A DNA stretch of 64,000 nt from Thermoanaerobaculia bacterium (GTDB taxonomy: Bacteria > Acidobacteriota > Thermoanaerobaculia > Multivoradales > Multivoraceae). Both the position numbers and the translations under genes were made by a program. The notes under the pieces are model-generated. The model did not search any database, was not told the origin of the DNA, and worked only from the letters and a program-made list of their open reading frames with translations. The DNA lies in NCBI GenBank assembly GCA_963664405.1, contig OY761158.1:864001-928000 (forward strand), in the 5' to 3' direction. Shown in pieces: positions 41,598 through 50,615 of this stretch (position 1 is the first letter of the stretch; every line of letters begins with the position of its first letter).

Positions 41598-41867
41598 ATG
41601 GAAATGGCTCACAAAAAACTCTCCATCTCGCTACCCCCTGATCTCTATGAGCAGGCCGAGGCCGTGCGGAAGGCCGAGCACCGTACACGCTCAGAGCTCG
41701 TCCGAGAAGCGCTGCGCTCCTACATAGAGCGCTCCCGTCGCATTCCCGTGGTCGAACCCACCAGCCAAGAGGCGCGCATGTTCAAGGACGGCTGGAAGGC
41801 TTACAAGGCCAACGAGTACGTGACACTCGAAGAGCTTCACAATGAGATGGCAGGTAGTCACAAATAG
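41598..41867 (+). CDS. Ribbon-helix-helix (CopG-like) antitoxin
   Basis: KLSISLPPDL......K.E.RTRSELVREALRSY. Confidence 0.82.
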   Translation: MEMAHKKLSISLPPDLYEQAEAVRKAEHRTRSELVREALRSYIERSRRIPVVEPTSQEARMFKDGWKAYKANEYVTLEELHNEMAGSHK

Positions 41868-42114
41868 GGCCGCCGTCAGAGACATCCGACGCCTCCCTAC
41901 CCGAGCCCGCACCCGGATTCTTGAGGCCATCTCCGACATGGCCATCGATCCTTTCAGTGGAGACGTCGTTCGACTCAAGGGGCGCTCACCGCGTCTCGAA
42001 TTTCGCCGTCGGGTTGGGTCGTGGCGCATCCTCTTCGGCGTCGACTACGATCAGACGACGGTCGTCGTCTTCAGAGTAGCTCGTCGCACAACACGCACCT
42101 ACAAGAAATCATGA
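41842..42114 (+). CDS. Type II toxin, RelE/ParE family
   Basis: DPFSGDVVRLKG....FRRRVGSWRILF...R....TY. Confidence 0.85.
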   Translation: MRWQVVTNRAAVRDIRRLPTRARTRILEAISDMAIDPFSGDVVRLKGRSPRLEFRRRVGSWRILFGVDYDQTTVVVFRVARRTTRTYKKS

Positions 42115-42518
42115 CCACCACCCTCGCCATCGTGAACCAAAAAGGAGGTGTCGGAAAGACGACGAGTACGATCAACCTCGCCTATGCCCTCGCTCAGCAG
42201 GGCAAGCGCGTTTTGATGGTGGACACTGACCCGCAAGCGAGCCTGACGAAGTACGCAGGCTATGAGCCCGACGAGCTCGAGCTCGCCGGCACGACGCTCT
42301 ATCACGGCCTCACGACGCGGAAGGCGCTACGGAAGCTCATCCTCAAGAACGAGAGCGTGGACCCACATCTTCTGGCTGCAAGCAAGAACCATCACCATGA
42401 CATTGGTGCTGCCGCCAAAAAGCGCGGCAACATCATGCTCCGCGATGCCCTGGCCAAGATCAAAGACGACTACGACTTTGTCCTCATTGACTCACCGCCC
42501 TGGCTCGGTAAGGTAACA
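42111..42518 (+). pseudogene. parA: ParA-family ATPase truncated by the Tn3 element
   Basis: ATGA overlap with toxin stop; [10 protein letters not shown]; ends LIDSPPWLGKVT at the IR (42519). Confidence 0.85.
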
Positions 42519-44673
42519 GGACCAGCGGGGCCATTTGAACGAAAACCTACCGGTTTCGGTGCCGGTCCGACAGTCAGAGCCGTAGGATTCGGTAGGAGAA
42601 TCACCTAATTGTCGCCCTCGATGAAGTACGTGCCGTTGGGCATGACGTGCTTGAACGGTAGCAGCGAGATGTGCGACAGATCCTCGTCGTCGATCGCCTC
42701 GCCCTCGGCTCGAAGCCGGTCGACGATCTCGCCGATCCGGACCGTGTTCCAGTACAGGATCGCGTTTGAGACGAGGCTCAGACAACTCGCCTTGTTCATG
42801 ATCTCGACGTAGTCGCCGGTCGTGAACTCGCCTTGGTCGGCGAAGAAGATCCAGCGCGACAGCTTCTGTCGGTACTCTCCCTTGTTGAGCTGCTTCTGGA
42901 CCGTCCGGCGCAGCTCTCGATCGGTGAAGTATCGAAGGACGTAGTTCGTCTTCACCATGCGGCCGAGGCTGCGGACCGCCTTCGACAACCGATCGTGAGG
43001 AGACCCGCTAGTGAGGCGCTGTACGACCACGTTCGCTGGAGCCGTCCTCAGTTTGAGAGACCACGCGACCCGCATCATTGGATCCCACTGCTCCTCGATC
43101 AAGTCGAGGTCAACCGTCTTCCTCAGTAGAGGAGCGAACGCTCCTTCAGCCGAGGACCTCGATGGTCGATAGAGTTGCTGGCTCTTGAGGTTCTTGATCC
43201 GCGGCATGAAGTAGTACCCAGCAGGTAGCACAGAGCGAAGACGATCTCGGTGTAGCCATCCGTGTCGGTTGTATGTTCTCGGAGCCGGAGAATCGTGTTG
43301 TTATCGAGGAGACCGTCCAGGACGTAGAGCGCCTCCCGAGGACCACACGAGATCGCTCGCGTGCTGAAGACCGCGAACTGGTCGGAAACGTGCGTGTACA
43401 GGCTGATCCCTTTGTCGTAGTACCCGAAGTATCGGGGGTAGTACGACGCGAGGAGGCTGGCCGCACGGATCTTGAACCGCTGACCATCAGATGACGACGT
43501 CTGGCCATCGCCGTGGATGGCGCTCAGCGGTAGAGCGTGGTGAGCGTTGACGATGGCCGCGTTTGCATCATTCAGAGTCTCCTCCCGGATGTAGTAGTGG
43601 AGAACGTAGCGGAGCATGTCCAGAGTGACGCCGGTAACACTCGCGCTCATGGAAACGACGCCGAGGTTCGTTGCCTGGGAGATGATCGCTGCTAGCAGCG
43701 ATTTGTAGAACTCCTCCGGCCTCGAGCGGTGTTGTTGTACCGGCAGGAAGCTCTGAGTAAAGCGGGTCGATCGATCGACATCCATGAGGAGCTGCTCGAC
43801 CCGAACCAGCGGCAAGCTGGCGTTGATCATCTTCTGCAGTCGGCTCTCCGGCGGCTTCTTCTTGTCGTCTCGACGGAGCTTCAGCCTTCCTTGGTCGACC
43901 CGAGCGAATCGGTCCTGGCCATATCGACTGCCGGCTCGCCGGTTCCCGTCCTGAAACTCGTCGACAAGTCTCGGCCGCACCTCGGTAGGTTGGGGCTGCT
44001 CGAGGTCGGCAAATGAATCCGCCTTCGAATCCTCCCACCGATCGTCCGAGAGAAGGAGGTCCCAGAACGCAACGTGCTGTTTGCTCTCGGGGATGAATAG
44101 GTCCCCCGAGCGAAACGCGTCCCGGAGCGCCAGAGCCAGTCCGGTTTCCCAAGCGTTGCGATTGAGTGAGCCCGGCTCTTCTCCGGGAAGCACCGAGCGC
44201 AGGTCGCTCGCGACGAAGCCAGTCGGCGCGTCCGCGGGAAGGCTCTTGAGGGAGTCGCTCGAGTTCGTTCCCGGTCAACGACCAATCTCGGACAAGCTCG
44301 TCATCGGAAAGGCGCTCGGGTAGTGCAACCGCGTGGCGTCGCTGGCGGCCCGAGAGAAAGCGTTCCGGAGGAGGACGGTTTTCACTGATGCCGATCACCC
44401 CCTGGATTGTTCAGAGCAGTCCTCGTTCGTGGCGCCTCATGAGAGCGGTGACCGGGACGCGTAGTGCCTGATACTCAGGAGCCAGAGGGCTCGGGTGCGG
44501 TTTCAAGGTCGGACTACACTAGCCCAACACGCTCTTCGTGAAGCTAGATAACGAACACGATAGGCGAAGAACGCGGAACCGTACCAAGGGCTGGGCAACT
44601 GGGACCGACCAACTGGCCACTACCTCCGAGCGACCGGAACCGTAAGTTTTCGTTCAAATGCCCCCGCAGATCC
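42519..44673 (-). mobile_element. tnpA: Internally deleted Tn3-family transposon; tnpA pseudogene 42605-~44390
   Basis: IRs GGACCAGCGGGGCCATTTGAACGAAAAC / GGATCTGCGGGGGCATTTGAACGAAAAC; SSSDGQRF, YTHVSDQ, HTTDTDGY, QLNKGE, NAILYWNT; frameshift near 43220; N-terminal deletion near 44250. Confidence 0.9.
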
Positions 44674-44796
44674 ATCCTGCGGAAGATCAGTATCACTTCC
44701 TCCGGATGCGGAATATGGCGCCGAGGACGGCGCATCCTGCGGAAGTGATCGGTATCACTTCCTTCGGATGCGGAATATGGCGCCGAGGACGGCGCA
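44674..44796. repeat. 62-bp palindromic tandem repeat, right part
   Basis: Remainder of the split unit plus one full unit at 44732-44793. Confidence 0.9.
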
Positions 44797-44976
44797 CTTG
44801 GGCGTTGCTTCCTATCCGCTCCGGGGAACGGCACAGGCAGAACCGAGCCGCGGCACCCCGTCCCCGGTTTCGTTTCCTGCCGCGCACTCCTCTAGCCGCC
44901 ACTAGCTCAAGCGCTCAGAAACAAACTGCCCCGCTTCGACGTCAGAAGGGAAAGTCGAAAATCGAGGAGGAAGAAC

Positions 44977-45351
44977 ATGCATCGACCAACAACGCTGTGG
45001 TTCCTGGCTTTCGTAGTCGTCTCATTGGTGGGCCTTCCCGCCGCGGCCGGCGAGGGGGTTCTGGGAAAATGGGAGGCCGCCATCGAGACGCAGAGGGGTA
45101 GCAACGAGATCGTGATGGAGTTCAAGGGATCAGACGAAGAGCTCCAGGGAACGTGGACTGACGGACGTGGCGCCGCAGATCTCGACGACTTGAAGTACGC
45201 CGACGGCAAGCTCAGCTTCAAACGCGCTGTCGAGTTCCAGGGCAACTCCTTCACTCTCGGCTATGCGGCCACGGTCGACGGCGACACGATGAATGTCACG
45301 ATGACAACGCCCCAAGGAGAGAGGGAGTTCACCGCCAAGCGCGCCAACTAA
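44977..45351 (+). CDS. Hypothetical secreted beta-rich protein
   Basis: GAGGAGG RBS, signal peptide, GKW...REFTAKR. Confidence 0.75.
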   Translation: MHRPTTLWFLAFVVVSLVGLPAAAGEGVLGKWEAAIETQRGSNEIVMEFKGSDEELQGTWTDGRGAADLDDLKYADGKLSFKRAVEFQGNSFTLGYAATVDGDTMNVTMTTPQGEREFTAKRAN

Positions 45352-45372
45352 CGCCACCCGCAAGCAACGCGC

Positions 45373-45963
45373 TCAGTTGACCGCGCTTGTCCCCGACTCG
45401 CGGTACTCCTCCGAGAGCTGGCGGAGGACGGAGAGCATCGACTCGCCGTCGTAGACGCCGCCGAAGAGCCAGTTGTCGAGCAGTATCGTCGGCACGCCGG
45501 TGACGCCAAGGGCGAACGCTTCGCGGGTGCTGTCTTCGACACTCTCGAAGCCGTGCTCCTCGTCGGCAAGCGGGTCCACACCGACCAGCTCCTTCGCCAG
45601 TTGGAGCAGGGTAGGTGTCAGCTGGGGCGTCTTGTGCTCGAAGATGGAACCGAAGACCTCCTTGCGCCAGCGTGCTTCCGCGCTTGGAGAATCCGTGTGG
45701 AGCGCCACCACAGAGGCGGGCCGGGAGTCGAGCCAAGGATCCGGCATCTCCGCGCGGACGCCAAGGGACCTCCCCGTCTCGCGAACAGAATTTCGAATCT
45801 CCTCGCGAAAGGAATCACCCCGACCCCAAGGTGCGGCCATCGTGAGGTCGATCGGGCGCCATTCGAGCTCCACGCCAAGCTCGGCGATCTCCTCTTCGAT
45901 GTTTGAAAGCACGCAATGGGCCACGTAGCAGAGGGTCGACGCGAAGTCGTAGTAGACCCGCAT
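45373..45963 (-). CDS. DsbA/HCCA-isomerase-like thioredoxin-fold protein
   Basis: YYDFASTLCY...GVTGVPT. Start may be 45978. Confidence 0.78.
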   Translation of the reverse strand: MRVYYDFASTLCYVAHCVLSNIEEEIAELGVELEWRPIDLTMAAPWGRGDSFREEIRNSVRETGRSLGVRAEMPDPWLDSRPASVVALHTDSPSAEARWRKEVFGSIFEHKTPQLTPTLLQLAKELVGVDPLADEEHGFESVEDSTREAFALGVTGVPTILLDNWLFGGVYDGESMLSVLRQLSEEYRESGTSAVN

Positions 45964-46072
45964 GCTGACGATTTCCATCGTGTCGCTATTCTTGGCGCAA
46001 ACGAGGCTCCTGTCCAGCTCGAGGCGACAATCGATTAGGATCAGGGTCGTAAGTACAGAAAACGGGAGGATC

Positions 46073-46861
46073 ATGAGCTACGAACGGATCAAGCTCGAGT
46101 TCGAAGGAAACGTCGCCGTCCTGCGCTTCAATCATCCGGAGGTCCTGAACGCCATTGGCGCCCAGATGGTCGGTGAGATTGCCGACGCCATTGCAGAAAT
46201 CGAGGACCCCAGCAACGGCGCGCGCTGTCTGCTGATCACCGGCGAGGGAAGAGCCTTCTGCTCCGGCGCGAACCTGGCGGATAGCGGTCGAGAGCAGCGG
46301 TCCGGGGGAGCGAGAGGGATGCTGCGCGGCAACTATCATCCCATTCTGTGCGCCTTGCGGGACCTCGAGATGCCCATCGTCAGCGCCGTCCACGGGGCGG
46401 CGGCCGGAGTCGGGATGAGCTTCGCGATCATGGCCGACATCGTTTGCGCCTCGAAGGAAGGTTACTTCCTGCAAGCCTTCGCCAGGATCGGGTTGGTTCC
46501 CGACGGCGGCGCCACCTTTCTGCTGCCGCGGCTCGTCGGATGGGGCCGAGCCGCCGAGCTGGCGTTGTTGGCGGAGAAGCTGCCGGCGGAGAAGGCGCTG
46601 GAGTGGGGATTGGTGAATCGACTCTACGACGACCAGGAGAGCTTGATGGAGGGGGCGATGGAAATGGCTCAGAGATTGGCGAACGGGCCGCGGTCCCTGG
46701 CGCTGATCCGCAGGGCCTTATGGGCCACCTGGCAGCACGCCTACGAACAGCAGTTGGATCTGGAGGCCCGCCTCCAAGGTGAGGCCTCACGGAGCGAAGA
46801 CGCCCGCGAAGGCGGGCTCGCCTTCCTTGAAAAGCGGAAGCCGGACTTCAAGGGCAGGTAG
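46073..46861 (+). CDS. Enoyl-CoA hydratase/isomerase
   Basis: TGEGRAFCSGANL, AVHGAAAGVG, IGLVPDGGAT, AFLEKRKPDF. Confidence 0.92.
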   Translation: MSYERIKLEFEGNVAVLRFNHPEVLNAIGAQMVGEIADAIAEIEDPSNGARCLLITGEGRAFCSGANLADSGREQRSGGARGMLRGNYHPILCALRDLEMPIVSAVHGAAAGVGMSFAIMADIVCASKEGYFLQAFARIGLVPDGGATFLLPRLVGWGRAAELALLAEKLPAEKALEWGLVNRLYDDQESLMEGAMEMAQRLANGPRSLALIRRALWATWQHAYEQQLDLEARLQGEASRSEDAREGGLAFLEKRKPDFKGR

Positions 46862-46903
46862 GGGCGGGCCCCGGCTTTTCTGCGACTCTCAAAGGAGACA
46901 AGA

Positions 46904-47272
46904 ATGAAGGTGGTACGGGTATACGCGGGCGACGACGGCGAGTCACATTTCGAAGACGTGGAGATCGCGACTGAGGCGCGCGGCGTTGGCGGGCGACTGT
47001 CGAGACTGATCCAAGGCAGCGGAGTGATTTTCCGCGAAGTCGACGGGAGTTACGATCTCGACTTCCATACCGCTCCGCGGCGGCAATTCGTCGTAAATCT
47101 GACCGGCTCAGTCGACATCACGGTCGGCGATGGCACAGTTCGACGCCTGGGCTCCGGCGAGATCCTCCTCGCCGAAGACACCACCGGCCACGGCCACAAG
47201 AGCCACGCGGTAGAAGGCCAACCCCGCTCATGCCTCTTCATACCGCTCAGTGACGATGCCGAAGTAGCGTAG
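46904..47272 (+). CDS. Cupin-like hypothetical protein
   Basis: DGESHFED, FHTAPRRQ, AEDTTGHGH. Confidence 0.8.
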   Translation: MKVVRVYAGDDGESHFEDVEIATEARGVGGRLSRLIQGSGVIFREVDGSYDLDFHTAPRRQFVVNLTGSVDITVGDGTVRRLGSGEILLAEDTTGHGHKSHAVEGQPRSCLFIPLSDDAEVA

Positions 47273-47341
47273 GGCCGGGTGCCGTGGAGGCCCGGCAGCA
47301 CTCGGCTTTCATCAGACATCGACGATCTCCTCTCTCCCTTT

Positions 47342-48508
47342 TCAGTGCAGTGAACGGCCGATGAGGTTGCGCGCAATGATCAGTCGCTGGATCTCGTTCG
47401 GACCCTCGCCGACGCGACGGATGCGCAGCTCCCGCCACCAACGCTCCAAGGGTAGATCCTTGGTCATGCCATAGCCGCCGTGAATCTGCATAACTCGATC
47501 CACCACTCTTGCCGAGGCCTCGGTCCCGATCAACTTGGCCATCGCTGCTTCGGTACGGAACGAAAGCCCGCGATTCGCCCGGTCCGCGGCGGCAAGAACA
47601 AAGTAGCGCGCCGTGCGGATGTCTGTCTCGTTGTCGACGATCATCCATTGAATCGCCTGCCGTGTCGCGAGAACGTCTCCGAAGGTCTCTCGAACATTGA
47701 CGTAGTCGATCGCCATCTCCTGAGCCTTGATCGCCAACCCGATGCAGCCCGCGGCGTAGGGGATCCGCTGTCGCGAAACCCGGTCGGTGGCGATCGCGAA
47801 GCCACCATTGACCTCGCCGAGAACATTGGCGGCCGGCACGCGAAGATCCTTGATCTCGATCTCGGTGGCGTAATGGCTCGAACGCAGGGTGTGGATGACA
47901 CGACGCACATGAAAGCCGGGCATGTCGGTATCGATCAGAAAACAACTAATCCCCTCGCGCCCCAGAGTTGGATCCGTACGCGCGAAGATCAATCCGAAAT
48001 CTGCCTTGTCGGCACCGGAGATGAAGGTCTTCTCGCCGTTGAGAATCCAATCGTCGCCCTGGCGCACGGCCGTGGTCCGGATCGCCCTAGCGGGGTCGCT
48101 CCCGCCGGACGGCTCTGTTAGGCCGAAGAAACCGCGCTTCTCCCCGCGCAGCGTGGGATACAAGTAGAGCTCCTTCTGAGCGTCATCGGCTTCGTAGAGC
48201 TGCGCCAGACCGGCTCCACCGAAAACGCCGTAGCAGGGGGCATAGAGGCCGGCCCGGTGCTGGGACATTTCGATCGCCATCAGCGTGCGCGTAACGATAT
48301 CGATACCCGGGCCGCCATACTCCTCCGGGATGTCCAGTCCATAGAAGCCCATCTCTTTGACCTTGGCTACGAGTCGAGCACGATCCTCAGCCTCGAGCTC
48401 ACTGGCATCGGGGTCGAGCGCACCCTCGAGAGGGGCGATCTCTTCCTGGACGAAACGGCGAACAGTCTCGACAATGAGGCGCTGTTCCTGGTCTGGCTCG
48501 AAGTCCAT
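47342..48508 (-). CDS. Acyl-CoA dehydrogenase
   Basis: FGLTEPSGGSD, NGEKTFIS, RETFG, QIHGGYG, GEGPNEIQR. Confidence 0.93.
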   Translation of the reverse strand: MDFEPDQEQRLIVETVRRFVQEEIAPLEGALDPDASELEAEDRARLVAKVKEMGFYGLDIPEEYGGPGIDIVTRTLMAIEMSQHRAGLYAPCYGVFGGAGLAQLYEADDAQKELYLYPTLRGEKRGFFGLTEPSGGSDPARAIRTTAVRQGDDWILNGEKTFISGADKADFGLIFARTDPTLGREGISCFLIDTDMPGFHVRRVIHTLRSSHYATEIEIKDLRVPAANVLGEVNGGFAIATDRVSRQRIPYAAGCIGLAIKAQEMAIDYVNVRETFGDVLATRQAIQWMIVDNETDIRTARYFVLAAADRANRGLSFRTEAAMAKLIGTEASARVVDRVMQIHGGYGMTKDLPLERWWRELRIRRVGEGPNEIQRLIIARNLIGRSLH

Positions 48509-48518
48509 CTTGGCCTCC

Positions 48519-48854
48519 TCAGGCTGGGCTCAGCCGGCCCAAAGTGGCGACATCGTCGTTGTTGTCGCGGGGAAGCTCACCGTGATCGGCAAGGTGGAGC
48601 ATCAGCAGCTCCTGGTATCGACTCATGTACTGCATCGTTACTTCGCAGCGGAAGAGGAACGACCCTTCGCCCCGCGCTGAGAGTTGCGAAGAGAGCTCGC
48701 TCCGAAGGCCGAAGAGAGAGTGACCGCCAGCGTAGCCGATCAGGAGGATCGTCTCAGCCTCGTCTGCCAGCTGATATACGCCCAGCTGGCCGGGTAAGGC
48801 CTCGACGCTCCCTTCGTCGAGAATTCGCCAGGGCTTGTCGAGACGAATGGACAT
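48519..48854 (-). CDS. Small hypothetical protein, GIY-YIG-like motif pattern
   Basis: LPGQLGVYQLAD....LLIGYAGG; apparently operonic with the acyl-CoA dehydrogenase. Confidence 0.65.
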   Translation of the reverse strand: MSIRLDKPWRILDEGSVEALPGQLGVYQLADEAETILLIGYAGGHSLFGLRSELSSQLSARGEGSFLFRCEVTMQYMSRYQELLMLHLADHGELPRDNNDDVATLGRLSPA

Positions 48855-48925
48855 GGCGCTCCATCATATCGAGGCGCGAGAAATTCCATCGCGCAACCTT
48901 GATCCAAAGAGCGAGGAAGTAGAGA

Positions 48926-49246
48926 GTGACTCGACTCTCGACTGCGTGGCTGCCCGGTGCCGAGCTCCTCCTGCTGCCTGGAGAGCTGCGACCCGGCGCG
49001 GCAAAGATCCCGCGCCCTACCTCGAAGCTCTCCGACTCATGGCCGAGTTCCAACTACCAACTGGGTCCAGAAAGCGCTCCCTACCTCTCGCGGCCCGATC
49101 TCGCGCTCGGCGGCTTTCGTCGCAGCCTGACCCATTGGGAGATTCGAGTGGACTACGTCCAGCACAATATCTCGGCACTGCTGGGCTCCGAGATTCTCCT
49201 CGAAGAAGCCTCATCGAGCGCTAAAACGGGGAGCCACCGGGAGTAG
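48926..49246 (+). pseudogene. Probable C-terminal gene fragment
   Basis: ALGGFRRSLTHWEIRVDYVQHNISALL looks protein-like; no convincing start. Confidence 0.35.
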
Positions 49247-49256
49247 AATCGACTCC

Positions 49257-50414
49257 ATGCAACTCAAGTACGGATGCAACCCCAGCCAGGCCTTCGCGTC
49301 GATCGAGCCGATCGACCCGGCGACGAATCCCGTCCGCGTGCTCAACGGTACGCCCTCCTTCATCAATTTCTGCGATGCCCTCAACGCCTGGCAATTGGTC
49401 CACGAGACCCGCGCCGCCCTCGGTCTGACCGCCGCTGCGAGCTTCAAGCATGTCTCGCCGGCTGGTGCGGCTGTCGCCGTCGACTTGTCTGACGAGCTGC
49501 GAGCGGTCTACGAAGTGGGTGAGATCGATCTGACACCGGCCGCGACGGCCTACCTTCGCGCTCGCGGGGCCGATCCGAAGAGCAGCTTCGGAGACTTCGT
49601 TTCGCTTTCCGACCCGGTCGATATGGCGACCGCGACATTCCTCAAAAGGGTGATCTCCGATGGGATCGTCGCGCCAAGTTACGAAGAAGGAGCCATGGAG
49701 CTGCTCGCCTCCAAGAAGGGCGGCAGCTTCATCGTCATGGAGGCCGACCCCGACTTCACTCCCCCAGCCCGCGAATCTCGTGAGATCTTCGGCATGAAGA
49801 TGGCGCAAGATCGCCACGACCACCAGGCGTCCCCCGCCGATGTCTCGAACGTCGTCGTCGGCGAGATGCCCGACGAGGCGATCCGCGATCTGGTGATGGG
49901 GCTCGTTGCCATCAAATACACCCAGTCGAACTCGGTGGGCTACGCGCTCGACGGCCAGATGATCGGCATCGGCGCCGGGCAGCAGTCGCGCGTCGACTGC
50001 ACCAAACTGGCCGGAGCGAAGGCCGACGTGTGGCACCTCGGCCGCCACCCCAAAGTCTTGGGTCTCCATTTCAAAGACGAAGTGAGCCGCCAACAGCGGA
50101 TCAACTGGCGCGTGCGCTACATCGAGGGAGACCTCACCGCCCTCGAAGAAGCGGCTTTCGCAGAGGGGCAGGAGTCAGCGGCCGAGCCGCTGAGCGACGA
50201 CGAGAGGCGCGACTGGATCGCAACGCTCGACGGTGTTTCGATGATCTCAGACGGATTCATCCCTTTTCGCGACAATATCGATCATGCACAGCGCCATGGC
50301 GTAAGCTACATCGTCCAGCCCGGTGGCTCCAATCGCGACGAAGAGGTGAATCAGGCCTGTCGCGAATACGGCATCGCTATGGCTCACTCTGCCGTCCGCC
50401 TCTTCCACCACTAG
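49257..50414 (+). CDS. purH: AICAR formyltransferase, short PurH lacking the IMP cyclohydrolase domain
   Basis: LKYGCNP.Q, SFKHVSPAG, KYTQSNS, GAGQQSRVDC, SDGFIPFRDN, QPGGS, RLFHH. Confidence 0.9.
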   Translation: MQLKYGCNPSQAFASIEPIDPATNPVRVLNGTPSFINFCDALNAWQLVHETRAALGLTAAASFKHVSPAGAAVAVDLSDELRAVYEVGEIDLTPAATAYLRARGADPKSSFGDFVSLSDPVDMATATFLKRVISDGIVAPSYEEGAMELLASKKGGSFIVMEADPDFTPPARESREIFGMKMAQDRHDHQASPADVSNVVVGEMPDEAIRDLVMGLVAIKYTQSNSVGYALDGQMIGIGAGQQSRVDCTKLAGAKADVWHLGRHPKVLGLHFKDEVSRQQRINWRVRYIEGDLTALEEAAFAEGQESAAEPLSDDERRDWIATLDGVSMISDGFIPFRDNIDHAQRHGVSYIVQPGGSNRDEEVNQACREYGIAMAHSAVRLFHH

Positions 50415-50415
50415 C

Positions 50416-50542
50416 GGCCGACCGTCCAGGGCACCCCACCTCGCCGCGTGCTCGTCGCGCAGCTCCTCGGAGTACGCCAAAGTACGCCTGCGTCGCCTCG
50501 CTCCTGCGCAGCGGCGATCTGGGGCACCCTGAACGCTCGGCC
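50416..50542. repeat. ~127-bp palindromic element (MITE/REP-like or structured RNA)
   Basis: Arms GGCCGACCGTCCAGGGCACCCCA / TGGGGCACCCTGAACGCTCGGCC; core CTCCTCG-GAGTAC..GTAC-GCCTGCGTC. Confidence 0.6.
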
Positions 50543-50615
50543 TGAGTTGCAACTCCCATCATCCGGAATCCGGGCGGCGCCGTATAGGAGGGTAGACTCT
50601 CCTTAGAGCCCTCTG

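Larger units (their letters stand above)
4753..44673. mobile_element. ~39.9-kb Tn3-family composite transposon/island with 5-bp TSD ATCCT
   Basis: GGATCTGCGGGGGCATTTGAACGAAAACTTACGG at 4753 and its reverse complement ending at 44673; ATCCT at 4748-4752 and 44674-44678; removal rejoins a repeat unit. Confidence 0.85.
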
